DNA of 64,000 nt, taken from assembly GCA_963718235.1 (NCBI GenBank), contig CAVQYR010000002.1:736001-800000 (forward strand), read 5' to 3'. Source of the stretch: an uncultured Actinomycetota bacterium (GTDB lineage: Bacteria; Actinomycetota; Actinomycetes; JAHEKZ01). This document shows, piece after piece, positions 51,334 through 60,858 of this stretch (its first letter is position 1; each line of letters begins with the position of its first letter). The notes beneath the pieces were generated by a model. It was given only the letters and a program-made list of their open reading frames with translations. It had not been told where the DNA came from and did not search any database. Made by a program: the position numbers and the translations under genes.

Positions 51334-51576
51334 ATGGTCTCCGACGCGTTGGAGCACCTGGTGCGCGGCATCGTCGACAACCCCGACGACGTGAGTGTGC
51401 GGACCCGGCGCCAGCGGCACGGTGGCTCGATGGTCGAGGTGCGGGTGCACCCCGACGACCTCGGCCGGGTCATCGGCCGCGGCGGCCGCACCGCCGGATC
51501 ACTGCGCACGGTCGTGGACGCCCTGGCTGGGCACCGGACCCGGGTCGACTTCGTCGACACCGTCGGCTCGCGCTAG
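51334..51576 (+). CDS. khpA: KH domain RNA-binding protein
   Basis: LEHLVRGIVDNPDDV, DLGRVIGRGGRTA. Confidence 0.92.
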   Translation: MVSDALEHLVRGIVDNPDDVSVRTRRQRHGGSMVEVRVHPDDLGRVIGRGGRTAGSLRTVVDALAGHRTRVDFVDTVGSR

Positions 51577-51591
51577 GCCCCAGCGGCGACC

Positions 51592-52152
51592 GTGGCTGCC
51601 CAGTCACCGACGTCTCCGGAGCCTCGCCCGGCCGCGGCCGAGGAGGCGACGGTGGTGGTCGGCCGGGTCGGCCGGCCACATGGGGTGCGTGGTGACGTCG
51701 CCGTCGAGGTGCGTACGGACGAGCCCGAGCGCCGCTTCGCCTCCGGGTCGGTGCTGACCGCCGACAACGGGCCGTTGACCGTTGCGAGCAGTCGGGCGCA
51801 CTCCGGACGTCTGCTCGTGCACTTCGAGGGTGTCGACGACCGAACCGCGGCCGAGCGGCTTCGCGGGCTGCTGCTGCACACGCCGATCGACCCGGACGAG
51901 CGCCCCGCGGACGACGACGAGTTCTACGACCACCAGTTGGTCGGCGCCTCGGTCGTCACCGTCTCCGGTGACGCGGTCGGGCGCGTCGTCGAGGTCGTCC
52001 ACCTGGGTGGCCAGGACCTCCTCGTGGTCCGCCCCGACAGCGGGGGTGACGTCCTGGTCCCCTTTGTGACGTCGATCGTCCCTGTCGTCGAGCCCGGGCG
52101 CCTGGTCATCGACCCCCCGGACGGGCTGCTGCAGCTGGACGCCGGTGCCTGA
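51592..52152 (+). CDS. rimM: ribosome maturation factor RimM
   Basis: [32 protein letters not shown]. Confidence 0.95.
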   Translation: MAAQSPTSPEPRPAAAEEATVVVGRVGRPHGVRGDVAVEVRTDEPERRFASGSVLTADNGPLTVASSRAHSGRLLVHFEGVDDRTAAERLRGLLLHTPIDPDERPADDDEFYDHQLVGASVVTVSGDAVGRVVEVVHLGGQDLLVVRPDSGGDVLVPFVTSIVPVVEPGRLVIDPPDGLLQLDAGA

Positions 52153-52954
52153 CGTGCGCTTCGACGTGATCACCGTGTTCCCGGAGTACTTCGTGCCGCT
52201 CGAGGTGTCCCTGCTGGGCCGGGCGAGGTCCGCCGGGCTCATCGACGTCCGGGTGCACGACCTACGTGACTTCACCACCGACCGCCACCGGACCGTCGAC
52301 GACACCCCGTACGGCGGCGGGGCCGGCATGGTGATGAAGCCCGAGCCATGGGGGGCCGCCCTCGTCCGGGTGCACCACGAGGTGGGTGGCGCAGGGGGCC
52401 CTCGACCGAGGTTGGTCGTTCCCACCCCGGCGGGTCGACCGTTTCGGCAGTCCGACGCGGTCGAGCTCGCCAGCGTGCCGTCGATCGCCTTCGCCTGCGG
52501 GCGCTACGAGGGCATCGACCAACGAGTCGTCGAGCAGGCCCGCGAGGCGTGGCAGGTCGACGAGCTCTCACTGGGCGACTACGTCCTCAACGGGGGCGAG
52601 GTGGCCGCGCTGGCCATGATCGAGGCGGTCTCTCGGCTCCTGCCGGGAGTCTTGGGCAACGTCGACTCCCTCGCGGAGGAGTCGCACAACGACGGGCTGC
52701 TCGAGTACCCCGTGTTCACCAAGCCGGCGGTGTGGCGCACGAGGACCGTCCCGGCGGTCCTGCAGTCTGGGCACCATCAGCAGATCGCCCGTTGGCGTCG
52801 TGACGAGGCACTGCGGCGGACGGCGTCGGTGCGACCGGACCTCCTGCGTTGCTACCCTCCAGCGCACTGCGACCCCCACGACCTGGAGCTCCTGGAGACC
52901 CTGGGCTGGTACGCCAGTGGCGAGGGGTTCAGCGACCGGCCACCCGCAGACTGA
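52145..52954 (+). CDS. trmD: tRNA (guanine37-N1)-methyltransferase
   Basis: [33 protein letters not shown]. Confidence 0.97.
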   Translation: MPDVRFDVITVFPEYFVPLEVSLLGRARSAGLIDVRVHDLRDFTTDRHRTVDDTPYGGGAGMVMKPEPWGAALVRVHHEVGGAGGPRPRLVVPTPAGRPFRQSDAVELASVPSIAFACGRYEGIDQRVVEQAREAWQVDELSLGDYVLNGGEVAALAMIEAVSRLLPGVLGNVDSLAEESHNDGLLEYPVFTKPAVWRTRTVPAVLQSGHHQQIARWRRDEALRRTASVRPDLLRCYPPAHCDPHDLELLETLGWYASGEGFSDRPPAD

Positions 52955-53027
52955 GCCAGATCCTTCGCCCGGGTACGCCGAGACCGGCGATTTCGCGGGG
53001 AATCGGCCGCTGTGGCACACTCGGGGG

Positions 53028-53119
53028 TCGCGGCTACCGCCCTGCCACAGGGGGGTCTCTTGCAGCCGCACTCATCCCCGCGAACCGTGGGTGACCTGTG
53101 GCGCCTTCGAGGAGCAGAC
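53028..53119 (+). promoter_or_regulatory. structured 5' leader of rplS
   Basis: Extended -10 TGG-CACACT (53013-53021); GCGGCT/AGCCGC stem crossed by GCCACAGG/CCTGTGGC pairing. Confidence 0.45.
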
Positions 53120-53479
53120 ATGCACACGCTCGACTCCGTGGACGCAGCCTCACTGCGCAGCGACCTCCCGCAGTTCCGCCCCGGTGACGAGCTGAAGGTG
53201 CACGTCCGGGTCATCGAAGGCAACAAGAGCCGGATCCAGGTCTTCCAGGGCGTCGTGATGCGTCGCTCCGGCGGTGGGGTTCGCGAGACCTTCACCGTGC
53301 GCAAGATCAGCTACGGCGTCGGCGTCGAGCGGACCTTCCCCGTCCACTCCCCGGTGCTCGAGAAGATCGAGGTCGTCCGCCGGGGTGACGTCCGCCGGGC
53401 GAAGCTCTACTACCTGCGCGACCGCCGGGGCAAGGCAGCCAAGATCAAGGAGCGACGCGACAACGTCGTCGGCGACTGA
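53120..53479 (+). CDS. rplS: 50S ribosomal protein L19
   Basis: [31 protein letters not shown]. Confidence 0.98.
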   Translation: MHTLDSVDAASLRSDLPQFRPGDELKVHVRVIEGNKSRIQVFQGVVMRRSGGGVRETFTVRKISYGVGVERTFPVHSPVLEKIEVVRRGDVRRAKLYYLRDRRGKAAKIKERRDNVVGD

Positions 53480-53527
53480 GCGTGGCGTCTCGCCGACCAC
53501 CGGGCGCCGCATAGGCTTCCGGTCACC

Positions 53528-54286
53528 ATGGACTCCACCGATACGACGCCACCGTCGTCGCCGGCCGGGGCCGCCGTCGGAGACATCCGCCCGTCAGGAC
53601 ACCGCCGCAAACGGTCCCACTCGGGCTCGTTCTGGCGAGAGCTCCCCGTACTCGTTCTGATCGCGCTGGCCTTGGCACTGCTGCTCAAGACCTTCCTGGT
53701 GCAGGCTTTCTACATCCCCTCCGGGTCCATGGAGAACACTCTCCAGGTCGGCGACCGGGTCCTGGTCAACCGGATGGTCTACCGGCTGGGCGACATCGAG
53801 CGCGGTGACGTCATCGTCTTCAACGGCGTCGACTCCTGGACTCCGGAGGTGCAGATCGCCGAGCCCTCCAACCCGGTGGCCAAGGTCGTGTCGACGATCG
53901 CCGGAGCGTTCGGCTTCGCCACGCCCAACGAGAAGGACTTCATCAAGCGGGTCATCGGGATCCCCGGCGACCGGGTGAAGTGCTGCGACAAGCAGGGGCG
54001 GATCCAGGTCAACGGCGTGCCCCTGGACGAGACGTACCTGTTCCCCGGTGACAAGCCTTCGGAGCAGCAGTTCGACGTCGTCGTGCCCGAGGGCCGGGTC
54101 TGGGTGATGGGCGACCACCGAGGAGCGTCGTCGGACTCTCGCTACCACCTGGGTGACCCCGGGGGTGGGACGATCCCGATCGACCACGTGGTCGGCAAGG
54201 CCTTTCTGGTCGTCTGGCCGTTCAGCCACTTCGCCCCCCTGCCGGCTCCGGACACCTTCAGCCAGCCCGGTCTGACCGACCAGTGA
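53528..54286 (+). CDS. lepB: signal peptidase I
   Basis: TM, IPSGSMENTL, IKRVIG, GDHR..S.DSR. Confidence 0.95.
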   Translation: MDSTDTTPPSSPAGAAVGDIRPSGHRRKRSHSGSFWRELPVLVLIALALALLLKTFLVQAFYIPSGSMENTLQVGDRVLVNRMVYRLGDIERGDVIVFNGVDSWTPEVQIAEPSNPVAKVVSTIAGAFGFATPNEKDFIKRVIGIPGDRVKCCDKQGRIQVNGVPLDETYLFPGDKPSEQQFDVVVPEGRVWVMGDHRGASSDSRYHLGDPGGGTIPIDHVVGKAFLVVWPFSHFAPLPAPDTFSQPGLTDQ

Positions 54287-54326
54287 CCGAGCAGTGACCG
54301 ACCCGTGGTGGACGGGTGGCTGACCA

Positions 54327-55025
54327 GTGACTGACCCCGAGGAGTCGGTCGTGCGGCCCCGTCGGCAGCGACACGTCGTGGTCGAGACGGCGGTCATCAT
54401 CGTGATCAGCCTGGTCATCGCCGCCTTGGTGCGGGCCTTCGTCGCCCAGGCGTTCTACATCCCCTCCGGTTCGATGGAGAACACCCTCCTCGAGGGTGAC
54501 CGGATCCTGGTGAGCAAGGTGTCGCTGTGGTTCGACGACATCGACCGTGGCGACGTCGTGGTCTTCGAGGACCCGGGCGGCTGGCTGGGAGCGCCGCGCG
54601 CGGCGTCCGCCAACCCGGTACGCCGATTCCTGGAGTTCGTCGGCGTGGCACCGTCGAGCACCGAGGGCGACCTGGTGAAGCGGGTCATCGGCGTTGCAGG
54701 TGACGAGGTCTCGTGCTGTGACGCGCAGGGCCGGGTGACCGTCAACGGCCAGCCGCTCGACGAGCCCTACCTGTTTCCTGGCGACGACCCAGCCGACTGC
54801 CCGGAGGGCCAGTGCCGGTTCGACGTCACGGTCCCCGAGGGCTCGCTGTGGGTGATGGGTGACCATCGCACGGTGTCCGGCGACTCCCGGGTCCAGCCCA
54901 GACGCACCCAGTTCGTGCCGGAGGACCTCGTCGTCGGGCGGGCGGTCGCCGTGTTCTGGCCGCTGAGCCGGCTCGCCTGGCTGGGCACGCCGGACACCTT
55001 CACCGATCGACTCGACCCGGGCTGA
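54327..55025 (+). CDS. lepB: signal peptidase I (paralog)
   Basis: IPSGSMENTL, VKRVIG, GDHRTVSGDSR. Confidence 0.94.
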   Translation: MTDPEESVVRPRRQRHVVVETAVIIVISLVIAALVRAFVAQAFYIPSGSMENTLLEGDRILVSKVSLWFDDIDRGDVVVFEDPGGWLGAPRAASANPVRRFLEFVGVAPSSTEGDLVKRVIGVAGDEVSCCDAQGRVTVNGQPLDEPYLFPGDDPADCPEGQCRFDVTVPEGSLWVMGDHRTVSGDSRVQPRRTQFVPEDLVVGRAVAVFWPLSRLAWLGTPDTFTDRLDPG

Positions 55026-55027
55026 CC

Positions 55028-55540
55028 GTGCGGCCGCCGGTCGACCTCGCCACGCTGCCGAGACGGGCCTCGGTGCGGGTCGTGCTCAGCGCGCCCGGGC
55101 ACGACCTGGTCCTGCTCCCCACGTGCGACCCCGTCCGCCCGTCGCGGTCTCCCTGGTGGGAGCTGCCCGGGGGCGGGATCGAGCCGGCCGAGACGGCCGA
55201 GGCGGCGGCCGTCCGCGAGCTGGACGAGGAGCTCGGCGTCGCGATCGGCGTCGAGCAGGTCGTCGTGGGTCACTGGACCAGGACCGTGGTCTACCCCAGG
55301 GCCGACGGGTGGTGGTGGCAGGACGAGACGGTGGTGCGGGTGGCGCTCGACCAGGTGCCTGCCTGGTCGTTGACCGGCCGCACACCGGAGGAGCAGGCAG
55401 CGCATGGGCCGCCTCGGTGGTGGTCGGTCGACCAGGTCAGGCACAGCGTCGAACGGTTCTTCCCCGACTCCCTGCCTACCCTGCTGCCACGGTTTCTTCG
55501 CGGCGAACGAATCGCCGAGCCGCCGGTCGTGTTCTGGTGA
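55028..55540 (+). CDS. NUDIX hydrolase
   Basis: Nudix box GGGIEPAETAEAAAVRELDEELG. Confidence 0.85.
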   Translation: MRPPVDLATLPRRASVRVVLSAPGHDLVLLPTCDPVRPSRSPWWELPGGGIEPAETAEAAAVRELDEELGVAIGVEQVVVGHWTRTVVYPRADGWWWQDETVVRVALDQVPAWSLTGRTPEEQAAHGPPRWWSVDQVRHSVERFFPDSLPTLLPRFLRGERIAEPPVVFW

Positions 55541-55572
55541 GCGGCAAAACCGCCTCGCCTACGCTGACCGTC

Positions 55573-56064
55573 ATGGAACCGGTGCGACGGCGCTCGGCGC
55601 GGGTGCTCGTCCTCGACGCCGACGACCGTCTGCTGCTGCTGCGTGGGGGAGATCCGGCGCGTCCGCAGTACGTCATCTGGCACGCCCCGGGCGGTGGGGT
55701 CGACGACGGCGAGGACGACGCCACGGCGGCGCGGCGTGAGCTGCGCGAGGAGACCGGACTGTCGGTCGACGCCGTCGGGGACCCGGTGTGGCTGCGCAGC
55801 CTGGTCTTCTCTTTCGACGGCGTGCTGTACGACCAGGATGAGGTGTTCTACTGCGTGCGGGTCGACGGACATGAGGTCGACGACAGTGGGCACACCGAGC
55901 TGGAGCGGCGCTACCTCAGCGGTCATCACTGGTTCTGTCTCGACGAGCTGCGCACCTGTCCGGATCTCCTTGCCCCACCGGACCTCGTCGAGCGACTGAC
56001 CGAGCTGCTGAGCGACGGACCGCCGTCGCTGCCGGTGCAGGTGCAGGGAGCGGTGCTGCCATGA
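55573..56064 (+). CDS. NUDIX hydrolase
   Basis: Nudix box [23 protein letters not shown]; -10 TACGCT 7 nt before ATG. Confidence 0.88.
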   Translation: MEPVRRRSARVLVLDADDRLLLLRGGDPARPQYVIWHAPGGGVDDGEDDATAARRELREETGLSVDAVGDPVWLRSLVFSFDGVLYDQDEVFYCVRVDGHEVDDSGHTELERRYLSGHHWFCLDELRTCPDLLAPPDLVERLTELLSDGPPSLPVQVQGAVLP

Positions 56065-56813
56065 CCGCGGGCCGGGCACCCAGCGTGCGGGTCGAGCGAG
56101 CACTTATGCGTGACGGGCATGTCCTGGTGGCCGGCATGGACGAGGTGGGCCGGGGTGCACTTGCCGGTCCGGTGAGCGTCGGCGTCGCGGTGGTCGCCGA
56201 TCCCGTCGGTCGAACGCCGTCGGGGCTGCGCGACAGCAAGCTGTTGACACCGGAGGCCCGGAACCGACTGGTCCCTCGGATCCGGCGCTGGTCGGTCGCG
56301 TCCGCGGTCGGCCATGCAGGAGCCGGCGAGATCGACGCGTTCGGGATCATCGCAGCGCTGCGCCTGGCTGGTCTTCGGGCCCTGGCGGCGCTGCCCCAGC
56401 GCCCCGACGTCGTGCTGCTCGACGGCAACCACGACTGGCTGTCGTCGTCCCCGCAGGGGTCGTTGTTCGACACCGATGCCGCCGACGACGCGGAGGTCCC
56501 GTCCGTCGTGACCCAGGTCAAGGCCGATCTCCGCTGCTCGGTCGTGGCCGCGGCGAGCGTCCTGGCGAAGACCGAGCGCGACCACCACATGGTGGCTCTG
56601 TCCGCCAGTCATCCTCGCTATGCGTGGGCCGAGAACAAGGGCTACGCCGCGCCGGCCCACGTCCAGGCGTTGGCCCAGCACGGACCGACCGAGCTGCACC
56701 GACGATCGTGGCGACTGCCGGGCTGCGGCCCGGACGGCGGTGACGGCTGGAACCCGAGGTGGGAAGAGAGCCCTCACGACGAACCGCCATCGACCACGAT
56801 CGTTGTGCCATAG
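56061..56813 (+). CDS. rnhB: ribonuclease HII
   Basis: [37 protein letters not shown]. Confidence 0.96.
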   Translation: MTAGRAPSVRVERALMRDGHVLVAGMDEVGRGALAGPVSVGVAVVADPVGRTPSGLRDSKLLTPEARNRLVPRIRRWSVASAVGHAGAGEIDAFGIIAALRLAGLRALAALPQRPDVVLLDGNHDWLSSSPQGSLFDTDAADDAEVPSVVTQVKADLRCSVVAAASVLAKTERDHHMVALSASHPRYAWAENKGYAAPAHVQALAQHGPTELHRRSWRLPGCGPDGGDGWNPRWEESPHDEPPSTTIVVP

Positions 56814-56821
56814 TGCGGCCC

Positions 56822-57196
56822 ATGACTGCAATCGCCCGGCTGGCCTGGACGGCCATCGACTGCCCCCGCCCGCGTCAGCTCGCCGGCTTCTACTCGGCCA
56901 TCACCGGCTGGCCGATCGACGACAGCGCCGCCGACGACGAGTGGGTGACGTTGGTCAGCGACACGGGTGCAACCTTGGGCTTCCAGCGGGTCGACGACTA
57001 CCAGCCGCCGCAGTGGCCCGGCCAGGAGCACCCGCAGCAGGCCCATCTGGACTTCGAGGTCGACGACCTCGACGCCGGTGAGGCCGCCGTACTGGCCATG
57101 GGTGCGCGTAAGCACGCGGTGCAGCCCGGTACCGACTTCCGGGTCTACCTCGACCCCGACGACCACCCGTTCTGCCTCATCCTGCCTGGCGGTTAG
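56822..57196 (+). CDS. VOC/glyoxalase-like protein
   Basis: AIDC, LAGFY, QQAHLDF, VYLDPDDHPFCL. Confidence 0.87.
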   Translation: MTAIARLAWTAIDCPRPRQLAGFYSAITGWPIDDSAADDEWVTLVSDTGATLGFQRVDDYQPPQWPGQEHPQQAHLDFEVDDLDAGEAAVLAMGARKHAVQPGTDFRVYLDPDDHPFCLILPGG

Positions 57197-57213
57197 GCGC
57201 CGAAGGAGCCAGA

Positions 57214-59139
57214 TCAGCCCGAGGACGTGACGGCGATCCGGTCCAGGCTGGGCTCGGTGTTCGCCTGGTCGATCGAGAACGCGGTGACGTTCGTCCCGGC
57301 GAGCCGCACGGTCTGCCGACTGACCACGGGGACGATTGCGACCAGCTTCGAGGTGAGCCACTGGTCCAGGTGGGCCCAGCACGTTGGTGCCTGTGCAGGG
57401 AGAGCTGCGATGCATCGGTCGTAGTCGGACTGCACGCTGGGCACGTGCGTCACCGACATCCCCGCCCGCCGCAGTGCGCCGGGAGTCGCGCCCATGGCAG
57501 TGACCGCTAGGGCGCCGCCACGACCACTCGTGTCGGTGAGGAAGGGCTGGAACAGCGAGCCAGTGCCCGGGTAGTCGGCAATCCAGCCGAAGAAGCAGGC
57601 CACCATGTGGCTGGTGGGGCGGGAGCAGTCCTTGCGCTCGAACCGAAAGTCCGTGACGACGAACCGCGAACGAAGGCCGATGACCTCCATGGCGTCGGTG
57701 AGCTCATCCATCGGAGCGCCTCCGATGATCACCGGCCGGCAGGCCGCTGCCACGCAGTGGCCGTCTCGCCAGTAGCGGGACTTGCGCATCTCCGCCAAGG
57801 CCAGCTGTTGACGTGAGGCGGATGAGTCCACGAGGTCGGGTTGCCACCCGGCGAGCAGGTTGTCGCTGAGGGCATTGGGGACGAGATGGGAGGTCACCGG
57901 CCCGAACTGCACCCCCGTCTCGGCCAGCGACTCCTGGAGTCCCTGCCGGTCCAACGCAAGCGCGTAGGCGCGTCGCACGTGCACGTCGTCGAAGGGTGGC
58001 TGAGCGAGGTTGAAGGTCACCCAGCTTGTTCCGTTGCTCTCGCTTCGGTAGACCCGTGCGCGCTCCTCCGGCGTGCGGTACCGGGCGAGCTCCTCGAGCG
58101 ACGGGTCCTCACCGATCACGGTGTCCACGGAACCGTCGCGCAGGCCCTCGTACGGGTTCTGCCGGGGCTCGATCGTGATCTCGATCCGGTCCGGATAGGC
58201 CGGCCGGTTCGGGTCGGTGGCGGAGTCCCACGACGGGTTCCTGACCAGGACGAGCCGCCCGGGGCTGGGCGGGTCGAACCACCACGCCGGAGTGAAACCG
58301 GCGGCCGGCTGCTGCTGGTCGGGCGCAAGCGTGAAGTCGACCTGGTCAATCCCCTCGATCATGTACGGACCGGTCGACACCTGGAAGGGGCCGTAGCCGT
58401 CGTTGAGCGGCCGCTCCGGGTGCTCCTGGTCGAGCTGGAGCGTGTGGCCGGTCGCGACGCCGAGAGGGGCCGTGGGGTCGCTCGGGGACGGGGGGATCGG
58501 CGCACTGAACGCCATGGCCATGAGGTCGACGATCGAGCGGTCGGGACGTGTCTCGCGCAGCTGCAGGGTGTGGTCGTCGACCGCCACAGCACCGGCGATG
58601 GAGTCCGAGCGGCCGGCCACGAACGCCTCGTAGCCCTCGAGCAGTGGTTTCAGGTAGCCGAGTCCGGGGCCGTTTGCGGCCGCTGACCGCTCCAGCGCGC
58701 GCACGAAGTCGGCGGCGGTGACCTCGACGTCCTCGAGGGGTGGGGAGTAGTGGATCCCGGATCGCAGGTGGAAGGTCCAGGTGCGACCGTCTACCGACAC
58801 CGTCGGCGGCCCCTCGGCAAGGTCGGGGACCGCCCGGAACCCTTCGAAGCCCGGCAGGCCGCGGAAGGTCATGAGGGTGCGCTGCAGGCAGCAGCGCAGC
58901 ACCTCGAACTGGTCGAACATGTACGCGGCCTCCGGGTCGAAGCCGGCGTACGCGGGTTGGGGCATCGCCACGTGCAGCGTGCCACCAGGCGACGGCTCGG
59001 TCACCGCAGCCGCAGCGCGAGGCGAGGCGGTGCCGAGCGGTGGAGCAGCGACGGCCGCGACAGCGACCAGCCCAGTGACCAGCACCGCCAGCGCCAGCAA
59101 GGCAGTGGGCACGGGTCGCCACATCCCTCGGGCGGCCAT
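57214..59139 (-). CDS. orphan family-5 (peptide/nickel-type) solute-binding protein
   Basis: Signal peptide, PDLA...VS.DGRTWTFHLR.GI, TGPY, L.RNP.W, FN..QPPFDDVHVRRA..LALDR; TGATG overlap with the cyclase gene. Confidence 0.85.
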   Translation of the reverse strand: MAARGMWRPVPTALLALAVLVTGLVAVAAVAAPPLGTASPRAAAAVTEPSPGGTLHVAMPQPAYAGFDPEAAYMFDQFEVLRCCLQRTLMTFRGLPGFEGFRAVPDLAEGPPTVSVDGRTWTFHLRSGIHYSPPLEDVEVTAADFVRALERSAAANGPGLGYLKPLLEGYEAFVAGRSDSIAGAVAVDDHTLQLRETRPDRSIVDLMAMAFSAPIPPSPSDPTAPLGVATGHTLQLDQEHPERPLNDGYGPFQVSTGPYMIEGIDQVDFTLAPDQQQPAAGFTPAWWFDPPSPGRLVLVRNPSWDSATDPNRPAYPDRIEITIEPRQNPYEGLRDGSVDTVIGEDPSLEELARYRTPEERARVYRSESNGTSWVTFNLAQPPFDDVHVRRAYALALDRQGLQESLAETGVQFGPVTSHLVPNALSDNLLAGWQPDLVDSSASRQQLALAEMRKSRYWRDGHCVAAACRPVIIGGAPMDELTDAMEVIGLRSRFVVTDFRFERKDCSRPTSHMVACFFGWIADYPGTGSLFQPFLTDTSGRGGALAVTAMGATPGALRRAGMSVTHVPSVQSDYDRCIAALPAQAPTCWAHLDQWLTSKLVAIVPVVSRQTVRLAGTNVTAFSIDQANTEPSLDRIAVTSSG

Positions 59140-60719
59140 CAGCCCACCTCTGCGACGACGACCCACGGTCGCCCTGCGTCGTCGACCGCCACCGCCACGG
59201 GTGCTCCGTCGACGGGAAACGTCCCCGTGACCGACCCGTCCGTCGGGTCAAGGGAGACCACATGCTCCGAACCTCCGCAGGTGACCCAGACCTGCGTCGA
59301 CGTCACCGCGAGATCGGTAGGGGCATCACAGCGAGCGCCGAGCTCGAGACGCAGTCGGGAGTCTCCGCCGGCCGAGAGCGAGAGCAGAGTGTCGTTGGGC
59401 TGGCTGGCCACCCAGACCGTCCCGTCCGGGGCGGTGGCGATGGCGGACGGCACGGCCCCGCCGGTTGAGAAGGCGGAGACCTCCGGTCGGCCACCGGATG
59501 TCTCGACCTTGAACACCGAGGGGCTCCGGCCCGCCGCCACCCAGGCGGTGTCTCCTCCTGCGACGACCGCAACGTCGACCGGTCCGGACGCGGCGGGCAC
59601 GGGGACCGAGGCGACCGAGCTGGTCGTGGTGTCGAAGCGTGTGACCACGGCGTCGCGAGTGGCCACGAACCACACGGCTCCGTCGGCGGCGTCCGTGGCT
59701 GACGTTCCGTCCGGCACGATGAACCCGGCGGGAGCAACCCCAGCGCCGCCGGACTGCAGTACGCCGACCCTTCGGTTGGGGTCGGAGCTGAAGCCAAAGG
59801 TGACCCAGACCTGGTCGGCCGTGTGGGAGAGGCCCGTCGGCGGGGCCGGTGTGCCGTAGACACGGACCGAGGCATCGTCGGTGACCACGACCTCCGAGAC
59901 CGTCTGTGAGCGAACGTCTGCAACCCAGACCTTGCCGTCACCGGTGGTCACCGCCTGGGGTGATCCGCCGGGCTGAAGGGCGACGGCCAGGTCGAACCCC
60001 GAGCCGTCAGCGGCAACGCGCGCCACAGAGTGGGCCGAGGGAACGACGGTGGTGCTGCGGGTGGCTCGCCACCCGAACCAGCCACCGATCACCAGCACCA
60101 GCACGGCGGCTACCACGACCGGCCACCAACGACGCCGCGCGCTCGATGCGGCGGTCGCCCCGACCGAGGCGCGAAGAGCAGCACCCTCTTCGGGCGGGAG
60201 CGGCTCAGGGCGGTCCACGTTGTCCACGGAGGTGACCTCGTACACCTGCCAGGGCTGCTCGACGCCCTTCAGTGTCTGGACTCCGTGGTCCGTCAGCCCG
60301 AACCCGGCGCCACGGGTCAGCTCAGCCACGGTGCTCGTGACGAGGACGTCGCCAGCGGTGGCCAGTCCCATCACCCGCGCGCCGACCACCACCGTGATGC
60401 CCGAGAGCTTGCCATCGGCCGGCTCACACTCACCGAAGTGGACGCCGGCGCGGATGCCGACCCCGAGCGCTCGCATGTCGTCGGACAGCAGGCAGGCGCA
60501 GCGAACGGCCGAGCCGGGGTCTGCGAACGAGGCGAAGAACCCATCACCTGCGGTGTCCAGCTCCTTGCCGCCGAGCTCCTTGAGGCGACGGCGCACGATC
60601 CGGTGGTGCTCGGCCACGAGACTGCGCCAACCCTTGTCGGCGAGCTCTTCGGCGAGCCGGGTGGAGTCGACGATGTCGGTGAACAACACCGCCGCAAGGA
60701 CCCTGCCCGCACGCGCCAC
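59139..60719 (-). CDS. class III adenylate/guanylate cyclase, single TM, extracellular beta-propeller
   Basis: LFTDIVDST, AGDG, IRAGVHFGE, GAR, LKGV; TM after RRR; repeated P..VA...G.VWVA blades; -10 CACAAT 6 nt before GTG. Confidence 0.88.
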   Translation of the reverse strand: MARAGRVLAAVLFTDIVDSTRLAEELADKGWRSLVAEHHRIVRRRLKELGGKELDTAGDGFFASFADPGSAVRCACLLSDDMRALGVGIRAGVHFGECEPADGKLSGITVVVGARVMGLATAGDVLVTSTVAELTRGAGFGLTDHGVQTLKGVEQPWQVYEVTSVDNVDRPEPLPPEEGAALRASVGATAASSARRRWWPVVVAAVLVLVIGGWFGWRATRSTTVVPSAHSVARVAADGSGFDLAVALQPGGSPQAVTTGDGKVWVADVRSQTVSEVVVTDDASVRVYGTPAPPTGLSHTADQVWVTFGFSSDPNRRVGVLQSGGAGVAPAGFIVPDGTSATDAADGAVWFVATRDAVVTRFDTTTSSVASVPVPAASGPVDVAVVAGGDTAWVAAGRSPSVFKVETSGGRPEVSAFSTGGAVPSAIATAPDGTVWVASQPNDTLLSLSAGGDSRLRLELGARCDAPTDLAVTSTQVWVTCGGSEHVVSLDPTDGSVTGTFPVDGAPVAVAVDDAGRPWVVVAEVG

Positions 60720-60858
60720 CCCGGCATTGTGTCCCAGCGGCAGGCGTCTGGTGCCCGTTTGACCACCGGATGTCCCCACCTCTGACCCCGGGCGCCCACG
60801 GTCGTACGCTGCCCGCGGGACCACTTCCTGGCCCTCGAGCAGAGAGGACAGCAAGGTC

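Noticed and set aside
59139-60719. Cyclase as a Pycsar or CBASS anti-phage system
   Set aside because: No cyclic-nucleotide-binding TIR or TM effector is adjacent; the partner is an extracytoplasmic SBP, which fits sensing better.
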